Source: the human T2T-CHM13v2.0 reference genome, Homo sapiens. From it: a DNA stretch of 64,000 nucleotides. A model generated the notes under the pieces. That model searched no databases and was not told the DNA's origin. It worked only from the letters and a program-made list of their open reading frames with translations. Shown here one piece after another: positions 24,866-37,860 of this stretch (the first letter of the stretch is position 1; the number at the start of each line of letters is the position of its first letter). A program made the position numbers and the translations under genes. Location: the NCBI RefSeq assembly GCF_009914755.1, contig NC_060930.1. One strand, given 5' to 3'.

Positions 24866-27107
24866 CGTTGTTGGCTACACATTTTGGCAATATCTTTTTT
24901 CCCCATTGTTCCAAGGTGAGCATTTTGTTTATGCCAATGTTCTTATTTCTTTTGGGACAAAAAACAATAACCGTATTTTAAAATGATGTATTTTTCACAA
25001 TAAAATTCCATAATTTTTTACAAAGTATGCAAAGATATGACCACTTCAAAAGAAATAATTTTTAAAAAAATATATATATATTGCAATAATTCAAGTTAGT
25101 TGTTAATAAGACGTTTCCAAGGAAAACTCTCACCTAGATCAATTCAACAAACTTAAAAAGAACAAATCATTTGAAAACTAATCTTTCAATAGTTTTGAAC
25201 ATTCTTTAAAAATAATTTCTTCTAAGTTTGTTAACCACGTGTTCTGCAATGTTATAGTATTTTTATATTTTGCTAAGCCAATTCTCTCAATCCATATTAA
25301 TGATATCCACTGTCAATCTATGATATAGGGAGATAGCAAATTAGATTGGAGTTAAACCTGCAGCCAGGTAGAGATTAGCATTTGAGAATAATAAGCTGTG
25401 TTCTCACGGCTTCAGGTTTAAAGGGGACCAAAGGCTCAGACGTCAGGGGGCCAAAGCAGTGGCTAGAATGTTCTGAAGTCTGAGGAATTCTTAGAAGGAT
25501 CTGGGAACTAGTCAGCAGAAACAGAAAAGGGCAGTAGAGCCAAGGCAGTGAGAGGATAGATGCCCGGAAGTGGCATACATCAAGGCAAATCTGTTCTAGT
25601 TTTTATTAGAAGGGAAAATGTAATGGCTCACCTATGCAAACAACATGAAAGGGGTAGAGATCAGCCTTGAGACCAACTTACAGACACCACCTCTCCATCT
25701 CTTCTTTCAGCTTCTGTTCTCAGCCTCTTAGGTTCCCTTGCTGGTAGGGCTCTGGCTTCCAGAAGCTTCTGTGTCGTCACTCTCTCTGGCTTCACTCAGT
25801 GATGGGGATATGACTTCCAGCATTTCTGGAGAACACCCTTACTGCTTGACATTCAAGGAGAATGAGTTTCCCTCTCCTCATTCCCATATATGAAATTTGA
25901 GGAAAGGTACAGGTTGTAAACTACAATGTGTATGCAACCTGTGAGGCAGTATACACATTGAAGACATTGTAATTTGTGTGTTATGGTGTAAAGTGCCTTT
26001 CTATACAAACGAAAGCAGCATGTTGTGAAAATTTCCCAGAAGATGGAAATGAAGTGTCTTAAGGAAGGGTCACTTCTTAAAAGATCCATGCAGAGCATCA
26101 TATGGACCTGTGGTAGCTCTGGATCAACAGCCCTACTGGAGCCAGAGAGAATGTGAGAGGAGCAGTTACCAAGGGGACAGGTGCAGTGGATACTTTTATA
26201 AGAGAAGGGTGAAGGGTAGGTGAGGAAGGGATTTGGGGCAGACCATTGTAAAGTGGATGTGGCCTAGAGCCCTGGAGTGGGGCGGCAATGGAGTAGCCAC
26301 TCTGATCCTAAGCTACTGTGGTGTGTGCTTTGGGCTCTTGGCAATGAGAACCACAATGCATCTCCTTTCACTCTGAATTTTGGGAAGCTCAGAACTCAAA
26401 ACTTGGCTATGGGGATTTGCACCTCCATAATCTGTTTTTCCCCCCATTCTTTACTTGCTATTATAATTTATGTTTCCTTTGGGTCCTGATTTTTACTGAG
26501 AGTGTATCTTTTGCTCTATTTTTTATGCCATTAATTATATCCAGTCTTTTGGGGATTTAACCAAAAAGGAATGACTGGATGGAAAGCAGCCCTGTGACTG
26601 AAAGTATGTGTTGATTGTACAAGGAAGGTGAGAGCAAAGCTGAAACTGTGGATGATTGCGACGTTTACCACATGTGCTTAACATGTGTTCTCAGGTAGAT
26701 AGTACTTGGAAAGTTGCATATAAACTGAACTTGATTCAGTTTGGTGCATCTAGAAACCTAAAACTGTATGTATCACACTATTTCTGCTGTGGTCTGTTTA
26801 TGTCTGCTGGAAGCCTTTTGCAAGCATAACTAGGAGTAGCTCTTCTCTTTACCTATCATGGAATATCACTTAGTAGCAAAAGAATGTAAATGTTAGCTAT
26901 ATAGAACAGTGCATAAAATTATTGTTTACAGTTATTTCAACACTGTTTCAAGAAATATATTGTATAAAGTGAGTAGGTTTCCCATATTATGTTTGCTTAC
27001 AGAAGTGTTTATCAGGAAGATCATAAATAAATAGCCTTGTAACCTTCTAACTTGAAAGAGGGTCACAGTGTCTCTTTCATTTAAATCAAATGGTGATAAT
27101 AGTAGCT

Positions 27108-27525
27108 ATGTTAGGCCATTTTTGTGTTGCCATCAAGGAATACCTGAGACTGGGTAATTTATAAAGAAAAGAGGTTTCATTGGCTCACAGTTCTGCACGC
27201 TGAACAGGAAGCACGGTGCTAGCATCTGCTTCTGGTGAGGGCCTCAGGAAGCTTGTACTCATGGCAGAAGGTGAAGTGGGAGCAGGCACATCACATGGCA
27301 AGAGCAGGAGCAAGAGAGGGACTGGTGAGAAGTGCCACATTCTTAAACAACCAGATCTCACATGAACTTAGGGTGAGAACTCACTCATTATCATGAGGAC
27401 AGCACCAGGCCATTTATGAGAGATCTGCCCCATGATCCAAATACCTCCCACCAGGCCCCACCTTCAACACTGGGGATTATATTCCAATATGAGATTTTGA
27501 GGGGACAAACATCTAAACCATATTA
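27108..27525 (-). mobile_element. MaLR LTR (MST/THE1 type)
   Basis: aaggaatacctgagactgggtaatttataaagaaaagagg...ctcccaccaggccccacc...ggggacaaacatctaaaccatat. Confidence 0.9.
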
Positions 27526-27556
27526 ATAGCTCATTTTATTGATTGCTATACTATAG

Positions 27557-27874
<318 letters not shown>

Positions 27875-30800
27875 TGATTTTCTTACTTAATTTTGACAGC
27901 AGCCCTGTGGTGTAGAACTACTGTTTTCCCTGGCTCACAGATAAAGTGGGCCATAGAGGGGCTGAGCAACTTTCACAGGGATACTGAGGAGGGAGTTGGG
28001 GAGCTAGGATTCCAGCCCAGGTAATCCTGACCCTGTAACTCAAGAGAAAGCAATATAAATAGTTTCTGGTTAGCAGTCTCATTTTAGAACAAAAAAAAAT
28101 TACAGAAGCTATCATAGAAATACAGTTCCATTTGTCAGATGTGGAACAGCATTATGGTATAATGGCAAAAGTGTGATGTTTTGGAGCCACATAGGTCTAC
28201 ATTTCACTTTGTCAGTTTTTAGTTTTGTAGACTTCGGCAAGTCTCATGGCTTCTCTGACTCTTGTTTGTAAAGGAGTGATAATAGAAAGCTTTTTGACTT
28301 CAATGTGTGGGGGGAAAACCCAGGCACATAATAGATGCGTACTATGACGTCTGTTTGTTATTACTAAAAGGATCCATAAATATAATTGTCACAACTAAGT
28401 AAAGAAATAATACGTGTTGGAAAATACAAGTGTGCAGAGTTTGGGGGCTTAATGAGCAGGACACTAGATCTTGGAAGCAGCTGGTGGTGAAAGAACACAG
28501 CCCCTCACCTCCAGAGATCCCGGGAGGAGACCCTCAGCAGCCTCAGTGGGGCCAACTCTGGCTTACTCTTCAGGAAGGAACAGTAGGACATTGTAGAGGA
28601 CAAGACTGGGATTGTCTCTGACCTCCTCCTTCTAATCATCGCCTCGGTTCCCTGCTTTCCACACAGAAATTAATCTTGCCTTTAGGGTGGCCTGTGGGGG
28701 AAGCCCAGCATGCTAGTGACTGTTCTTAGTCCATCCTAGTACACATGCACTTGTTCCCCACAGAGAACTGAAATTCCTTTGCCTGGGAGCAGTTCGTGCA
28801 CATGTGAAGATCAAGAGCTTGAGAAGCAAATGTCAACTGATGGGTCAAATTAATTTATATTTACATGTCATCAGTGTACTATTACTCAACAAGTTTAAAT
28901 GCTAGTTCCATTTCCTACAGTAAGAATTTACATTTTCAAAGAACCTTAATAAACAGTATACATCACCAAAGAGAACTTTAAAACAATTTAGTTTTTGTCT
29001 GAATACTTTTTGGAGCCTCTTGTAAATTGATAATTGTAGGCCACTGAGAAGAGAAATATCCTAAATTACTTTCTTCAGTCATTCTTCATGAAGCTAAAGC
29101 AATAAATTTATGAGATCACCAAGCTGCAGGGGTTTTTGTTGTTGTTGTTGTTGTTGTTGTTTTTTAACGGTGTGCTCTGTCTCTCTGTTCATTTTTATGA
29201 TATTTCTAGAAAAGTTGGCCAAAGATGACCCTTTCTCTTGATTTTGTTGTAATGATTAATCAACTTATCTTCAAGTTCTCTTTAGCATCACACTCTATTT
29301 GACCCATTATTATTACTTTTATAATTCTCGATAAACTTGGTTGACAGATTGATTAGTATTCACAAGCAAGATGTACTGACCAAATATTTCTGTGTACCTG
29401 GAGTTTCATGTTCAGACTTCAAAGAAAAACAGTGGCAGTTAAACCTATTTTATGTGTTTGCTAGCTGAATAATTAGAAAAATTCACAGGGTAAACCATAT
29501 TCTACTCACTCATCCAAAAAGCATTTGGTTTAGGATTAGTCAGCTGAGTTAAAGATTGCAGAGCTAATTTTGAATAATTTTAAAAAATATTATGAAAAAA
29601 TATTTTAATATAATGTTTTCACCCTGTGATGTTTAAAGTATTTGTGATGCTCTTGGTCACTTTGTAGTTTTGCTTACATTTTAGGCCCTCTCACTAAGCA
29701 TAATGACTGGATATTGGCATCAAAGATAAAATGAAGCAGCATCACTAGTCAGTGACATATCTTATGTTTTCCCATAAAATAATAGGAATGTTCTGAGACC
29801 GAAGCTTACATTTCATAACATGAGCAGTTTTCTGAAAGTCGAATTTTCTTTAGCGTTATACTTCACAGGTTGAAATAAGCAACCTTGAAGACGAGCCTTA
29901 ATAATTTGTGTATGTCTTAGAATCTGGAAGTGCAATTTGATCATAGTAGGTGCTTGAGAAATAGTTGATATGCAGACTCTTCAGTGTGTCCCCCTGGAGC
30001 CTTCAGGGTCTCTCCCTTGCATAAGTTTCCAGGCTCATCATTCTCCTCCCGCCCACCTCATCAGTTACTTAACCAGAGCAAGTTTTGCTGCTATAAAACA
30101 AGCCAAGCTGGTCTTAACTCTCTCTCTTGTGGCATTTCTTCCCTGGCCCACTTGAGAAATACTTATTCATTCTGTCTGATCCAGCTCAAACATCACCTCC
30201 TGCAATTCACTTTTTGAAATATTTTCCCCTAGACGGAATTCACTGCTGTCTACTTTGTGTACCCTTGTATATCGTACATCTTTCCTTGAGAGCGTTCATG
30301 ATCTCTTATTTATTTAATGTGTTTCTACCTGTACTGAATTGCAGGTTTCCTAAGGCAGGGCCCATGTCAGATTCATTTCTGTATTTATAGCACAATGCTT
30401 ATCACAAAAGAGGATGCTCAATGAATACTTGGGGAAAGATGAAAGCATGGGAAGGAAGGAAGGGAAGAAGGGAGAAAGGGAGGGAGGACTTGTATTGCAT
30501 TAGAAGGAAGGGAGGGATGGAGGAAGTAATTGTATTGCATTAATCAGGACCATTATTTAGTATTGGACATTTCAAGCTGAGAATTTTCTGTTTTCTAATT
30601 AACCAATCATTAATTATGTGCTATTTCTCACATAATATTTCTCTCTCGTATACCTTCACTTTCCCAGGATGAGAGCACTGTGAAGTATATCTGCCTGGGG
30701 GTGGGTGTCTTGGATGAACTAAGCTTCCTAATTCGTAGTGAGGGAATTATCAGTTTCCATCACTACTGCTATGTGATCATAGGCAATTTATACAAGTCTC

Positions 30801-31445
30801 ATTGTTCTACCTGTAAGTGGGAAGAATGACACTTAATTTACCTCTTAAGGTTTCTGTGATAACCAAATGCAATAATGTTTCCGAAAACACTTTGGAAAGT
30901 ATGAAGTGTTACCTGAACAAGTGGAAAAAAGTGTTCCTGTGACTGCTGTTAGTGAGCTGGCATCATGGGAATTTTCTCAGCCTGCGAAGCCCTCTGAGTT
31001 TGGTGTGTCCTTACTGCTTATAAAAGGAGTGAAGTGTATTTGCAACTTATGGTTTATTTTACTAGATTACATTAATGGCAACATTTATTCTGCCGACGTA
31101 CATCGGTGAACATTGCCTTCAGAACAGGAAAGTGACCTTATTTCTGCTCATATCAATTCCTAGCCTAGGATAATCAGCCTATAAAGAAAAGTCTGTATTC
31201 TCATGAGCAGGTGTGTTGGCCAAATATGTAAAAATTAATTCCAGTTTCATGCTTTTAAGTTTTAGGTAATGCTCTCTTAAAATACATGATAAGAAATTAC
31301 ATGAATGTAATAATATTTAGATTCTAAGGAGTCCTTCATTTTCTGATTTCTTTGTTTTTCTACCAGACAAAAGCATGATTATTTGAAAATTTATGCTTGT
31401 GACATGTTTGAAACTATATTTATTTCTTCTTTGTCATAAAAATAA

Positions 31446-32072
<627 letters not shown>

Positions 32073-34008
32073 TGAAGGAGATTTAAACAACAGAGTGAGG
32101 GTGATCACATGTCAATCAGAATATTGGCTACCAACTTAGTTTGTACTCTCTGAGCAGATTGGGGCAGATGATACCTGTCTGATACACTGAAGGGGAGAAT
32201 TAAAACAATTTATTTGAGTCATATTTATGCTCAGAAACCACCCCAGTCTATTTCAGTGGAAATTATTATTCCTATTTTGGTATGAAGCACACAGAAAAAT
32301 ATGATTCAGAAGGAAAGCAACTGAGAATCTGAGGCCTGCAGCTGTGAGAGATTACAGATATTACAGTTGAGATGTGTCTAAAACAGAGGGGCTGAGAAAG
32401 CCATCATCATTACCAGCCACATGCTAATTGCGGAGTGACAGGGCACTAGTCCATTCATCAGGTTCACAGGTTGACCCCAATAGAGGCTGAACTTGTCCCT
32501 CATCATGGGGAAGAAATTGTTCCCAATATGGTTTGTTTTTCATTGAGGTATAATTTACATACAGTAATATTCACTGTATATAAGTCTGTCAGTTGTAATC
32601 AGCACAGAGTCATAGCACCACAATCAAGATTGTGAACAGTTCCATCACTCTCCAAAATTCTCTCATGCCCTTTTATAGTCAACCCTTCCTGTTACAGCTA
32701 CACCTGGAAACCGCTGGTTTGTTTGCAGTCTAGTTTTGCCTTTTCCAGAATGTCATATAAATGAAATCATACAGTATGTAACCCTTTGAATCTAGTTTAT
32801 TTCACACAACGTATTTTAGTTTCATCTGTATTGTTGCCTGTATCAGTATTTCATTACTTTGTACTGAGTACTAATCCATTGCATGGATTTACCATAGCTT
32901 ATTGATTGATTCCCCAGTTGAAGAGTATTTGAGTTGTTTCTAGTCTGGGATAATTATGAATAAAGCTACTACAAACATTCATGTATAGGTGTTTATGTGA
33001 GTATATGCTTTCATTTTATTTGATTTCAAGTCTAGCTAGAAGTAGATTAATGGGTTGCGTTGTAAGAATATGGTCAACTTTTTATAAGAAATTTCTAAAC
33101 TGTTTTTACCAAGTGGCTATTACCATTTTTGCATTCCCACCAGCAATAGGAGTTCCAGTTGCTTCACATCCTCACCAACACTTAGTATTGTCTATCTTTT
33201 TAATTGACAGTCATTCTGTTGGGTGAGTAGTAGTATCTCATTGTGACTTTAATTTGTATTTCCCTGATAACTAAAAATGTTGAATGTCTTTTTACATGTT
33301 TATCGACCATCTGTATATCTTATTTTGTGAAAAAAACTTTTCAGTTATTTTGGCCGTTTTTGTATTTGGTTGCTTTTCTTACTGTTAAGTAGTAAGAGTT
33401 CTTTTTGTTTTCTCGCTACAAGTTCTTTAATAGATAAATTTTGCAAATATGTTCTCCCAGTCTGTGGATTGCCTTTTGTTTTCTAACAGGGTCCTGAAAA
33501 GAGCAAATGTTTTACATTTTGATGAAGTTCAATTTACCTCTTTTTTTTAAAGTTTGTGCTTTTGTTGTCCTATTTAATAAATCTTTCCCAAATCTAAGGT
33601 CACTAAGAAGTTCTTCTGTGTTTTCTTCTAGACAGTTTATACTTACAAAGCTCTCGTATTAGGTCTGTGATTCATTTTAATTTTTATATTGGTGTAAGAG
33701 TTGAGGTTCTTTATTTTGCATATGGATATATAATTATTCTAGTACCATTCCTTGCAAAGATTATTCTTTTTTAATTGCCTTAGCTCCTTTGTTGAAAATT
33801 AATTGGCCATACGTGTGTGAGTCTAGTTGCGGATTTTTTTTGTTTTGTTTTATTATCTATATGTCTATACTTATGCCAATACCACACTGTCTCTCTTTCT
33901 GTAGCTTCAAAGTAAGTCTTGAAATCAGGAAGTATAAGTCTTCTAATCATGTTCTTCTTGTTAAAAACTGTTTTGGCTTTTCAAGTTCCTTTACATTTTC
34001 ATAAAATT

Positions 34009-34087
34009 TTATTTTTTTAAAGAGATGGAGTCTTGTGTTGCCCAGGCTGGAGTGCAGTAGTGCCGTCATAGTTCACTGCAGCCTTGA
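34009..34087 (-). mobile_element. Alu right-arm fragment (AluJ-like)
   Basis: gagatggagtcttgtgttgcccaggctggagtgcagt...cactgcagccttga, then broken. Confidence 0.85.
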
Positions 34088-34545
34088 TTTTTTTTTTAAC
34101 AAATACTATTCATTATTTACAAAATACATGGTGATCATAAGAGAGCACTTTACAAATTACAAATGGGAAAAGTACAGGGAAAAGTAGAGACACATGAGTC
34201 AAATGACAGGGTAACCATTCGTAGGGAGTCTGTTTAGAATAAAAAAGTTCTCTTTTAAAGTCAGACAAGGCCACGAATAGGTACATTGCGGTTTAAAAAA
34301 TGGCAGTTACTTTGAAATATACCTCTACCAAAAAGTAGAAAAGCATTGGTAGTGTGTCTAATGTGTCCTAAATTAAATTACATATAGTTCCAGTGTTCCA
34401 CAGTGCAACCATTGCTTTTAGGCAGGGATCTGTGAGAGACTTGATTCTTGTCACTGAAAGAGCAAAGCCCCGGGACTGGTGAACTTCCCTGCCTTCCATA
34501 AGGCTTTGTTCAGTGACTCTGGAATGTGGTATCAAAAAATCCCAT
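34088..34545 (-). pseudogene. Probable retrocopied mRNA 3'UTR fragment (parent gene not identified)
   Basis: T10 tract at the left end. The minus strand ends ...ttttgtaaataatgaatagtatttgtt(A)10. The sequence resembles neither Alu nor L1, yet it sits inside both. Confidence 0.55.
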
Positions 34546-36391
34546 TCATTTCTGTGTCTTTTAAGGAATTTGCCCATTTCGTCTAGTTTGTTGCATCTCT
34601 TCACATAAAATTGTTTATATTTCCTGATTATCCTCTTAATGTTTGTATAATCGATAGTGATGTTTCCACCCCCCACTCCTGATATTGGCAATATACATCT
34701 TGTATTTTTTGTTTCTGATCAGTCTGGATACAGTTTTATCAATTTTATAGATTTTTTTTCAAGGGATTAGCCTTTGGTTTCGCTGATGTTCTCTACTGTT
34801 TATCTGTTTTCTATTTCATTCTCCTACTATTTTTATTGTTTCCTTCTTTCTGCTTAATTTGGGGTTAATTGGATCCTCTCTTCCTATGTTCTTAATGTGG
34901 TAGCTTTGATAACTGACTTGAGACCTTTTCTTACTTTCTAATATAAGCACTTAGTGTATAAAGTACAGCTTTAGCTGCATTCCACAAATTTGATATGTTT
35001 TGTTTTAATTTACGTTCAGTTAAAGGTATTTTCTAATTCCTCTTGATTTCATCTTTGATTCATGGATTATTTAGAAACATTGTTTAAATATAAATAACTA
35101 AAGGATTCTCAGGGTATCTTTCTGTTACTGATTTCTTATTTGAATCCATTGTGGAACAAAAACATGCATTGGATGAGTTCAGTATTTTTAACTATTGAGA
35201 CTTGTTTTATGGCTCAGAATGTGGTCTCTCTTGGCAAAGGTTTTCTATACACTAAAACAAAAGTGTATTCTGTTGTTGGCTGGAGGGTTCTGTAATTTTC
35301 AGTTAGGTGGATTTGGTTAGTACTGTAGTTTATGTCTTCTGTATTTTCACAGAATTTCTATTTTATCAGCTCTTGAGAATGGTCTTGAAATCTCAAACTG
35401 TAATTGTGTATCATCTATTAACCTTTTAGTTCTATCAGTTTTTGCTTCAGGTGCTTTGATGCTCTTGTTAAGAGGCATATATGCATTTAGGATTTTTACG
35501 CCCTCTTGAAGAATTGATTCCCTCATTATTATATAATATCTCTTCCGGGTAATACTTTTTCCGAAGTCTGCTTTGCCTGATATTGATTCTTTAGCTTTCT
35601 TTCCATTGCATTAGTGTGGCATACCTTTTTCCGTATTATTACCTTTAACCTTCCTGTCTCTTCATATTTGAAGTGGATTTTTTTTGGTACACATCATAGT
35701 TGATTCTGATTTTTTAATCCAAATCAACATCTCTGACTGTTCATTGGAGTGTCTAGGCCATCTTATGTTTTATACAATTATCAATATGGGTGAGTTTAAA
35801 TCTCCCACCTTGCTAGTTGTTTTCTACTTGTCTCATCTGTTCTTTGCTTCTTTTTCTCCTCTTCTACTGCCTTATTTTGTATTAAGGAGTTTTATTATTT
35901 CATTTTATCTCCATTATTGGCTTATTTGCTGTGCCTCTTTTTGTTTTTACGTTAGTGGTTACTGTAGGGTTTTAAAGTATACATCTGCCTTCAAATAATA
36001 TTATGCCACTTCACGTTTAACAGAAGAACCTTACAGTTATTTGCATTTTCCCCCTCCCAATCTTTGTGTGCTATTGTTGCCATAACTTTTATTTCTACAT
36101 ATTTTATAATACCCACTTAAAGCAGTTCTCTTTTAAAGAAATTAAGAATGAGAAAAGTCTTATTTTTACTTACGTATGTACAGTTTTTGGTTCTCTTTTT
36201 GTTTCTGAGTAGATCTAAATTTCTCTGTAGTATCATTTTCCTTCTGCCTCAGGTTTTTTCTTTGACATTTCTTCTAGTGCTGGTCAGCTGACGATGAATT
36301 CATTTAGCATTTGTATGTCTGAAAAAGTCATCCTTCACCTTCATTTTTGAAAGATAATATTTTTGAGTAAAGAATTCTGTGTTGCCTTTTC

Positions 36392-36467
36392 TTTTTTTTT
36401 TTTTTTTTGAGATGGAGTCTCGCACTGTCGCCCAGGCTGGTGTGCAGTGGCGCAATCTCAGCTCACC
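36392..36467 (-). mobile_element. Severely 5'-truncated Alu with TSD-like ccttttcttttt
   Basis: T-tract plus gagatggagtctcgcactgtcgcccaggctgg...ctcagctca, with a flanking direct repeat. Confidence 0.85.
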
Positions 36468-36965
36468 TTTTCTTTTTCTTTTAGTACTTTAAAATGTTGC
36501 ACTGTTGTCTTTTCTTCTGCATTGTTTCTGATGAGTAAGTCTGCTGTCATTCTTGTCTGTGTTTCTCTGTATATAATGCGTCTTTTTTCTTTGGCTGTTT
36601 TAAGATTTTCTTTTAATACTGGTTTTCAGAAATTTGATCATGATATTCCTTGGTGTGATTTTCTTCACATTTCTTGTACTTCACATTTCTTCTCAAGAAT
36701 CACATTTCTTGGGATTCTTTGAGTTTCTCGATTTGAGGATATGTAGTTTTTGTGGAATTTCAAACACTTTTGGCCATTATTTCTGCATTCGTTTTCTGCA
36801 CTCTCCCTGTCTTTCCTTATCTTCCTTCCCTAATTAAATTGGTGCCATGGTTTAGTATTCCTATTCAACTCTTGTTGTAATATGCACCTCACTTTCCTAC
36901 TGCATCTACCATGGTTCATATCCTCATTGTTTCTCTTTTTATCTGTTGTAAAACCTCCCTCTATT

Positions 36966-37088
36966 GTTTTTAGAGATGTGGTCTCACTATGTTGCTCAGA
37001 CTGGACTTGAACTCATGGGCTCAAGCAATCCTCCTGCCTCAGCCTCATGAGCAGCTGGGACTACAGGTGCATGCCACTGCACCCAGCT
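36966..37088 (-). mobile_element. FLAM-type Alu monomer
   Basis: gagatgtggtctcactatgttgctcag...gggctcaagcaatcctcctgcctcagcc...ccactgcacccagc. Confidence 0.85.
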
Positions 37089-37169
37089 CTCTGCCTCTAT
37101 ATTTGTCCCTCTTCAGTCCACAGCATGGTACATAGGTCCCTTTATCCCCACCTGTTTTCTAGCTTTCTT

Positions 37170-37860
37170 TCCCCCTAAGCCATCCTCACCTCACCCATGA
37201 CTCTCTGAACTCTTTATCCTGACAATATGGAATACTTCCAGTACTCCAATGCATCGTGCTTTCTCATGCTCCTGTGCACATGCATATGCCTTTCTTATGT
37301 CTGGAAACCTCCCTGCCTCTCCATCATCCCTGTCGCCATGCCTGGAAACTCTTATTCATTGAGCTGAAATACCTCTCCTTTAAAACTTACCTTTTTATCC
37401 CATCCCAACTCCACTAGACCTTGAGTGTATTCTGTTACAGCACTTAATCTATTGTTTTGCAATCATCATTGCAATTAACTAGGTCATCCTCCTAGACTGA
37501 CTTGTGTGTGGTCAGAGACTGTATCTTATTCATTTTTACATACTTAGTAGTGGTACGTAATAGGTGCTTACTAAAGTGTTGATTAAATAAACAAATAATT
37601 GGCATTTAGCAGGTATTGGGCATATTATTTTTAAAATAAGTTGAACTCAGATTTAATCATAACCTACATTTTAGCATGCGATGTTTCAGGCACCATTTTA
37701 GGCACTTCTCATACATTATCTTTAATCCTTATAACATCAATGCAATGTATATATTGTCATCCCCATGATACCCCAACTTTGGTTTAGAGAGGTCACGGAC
37801 AAGGTTGTGCAGATAGAAAATGCCAAAATTTGGTTTCAAACCTGAATGTATGTTTTGCTT
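37170..37860. mobile_element. L2 and MIR remnants
   Basis: gagactgtatcttattcatttt...taggtgcttactaaagtgttgattaaat (L2 end); tttaatccttataac...gtcatccccat...agagagg (MIR). Confidence 0.55.

Larger units (their letters stand above)
32530..36800 (-). mobile_element. Old L1M (L1MB/MC/ME-type), fragmented and interrupted by Alu pieces and a non-L1 insert
   Basis: T-rich L1 minus-strand phrases throughout (ttgaggtataatttacatacagt; ccagttgcttcacatcctcaccaacac; ttgatgaagttcaattta). ORF2 remnant GNITIDYTNIKRIIRKYKQFY in ORF 34368..34691. Confidence 0.85.
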
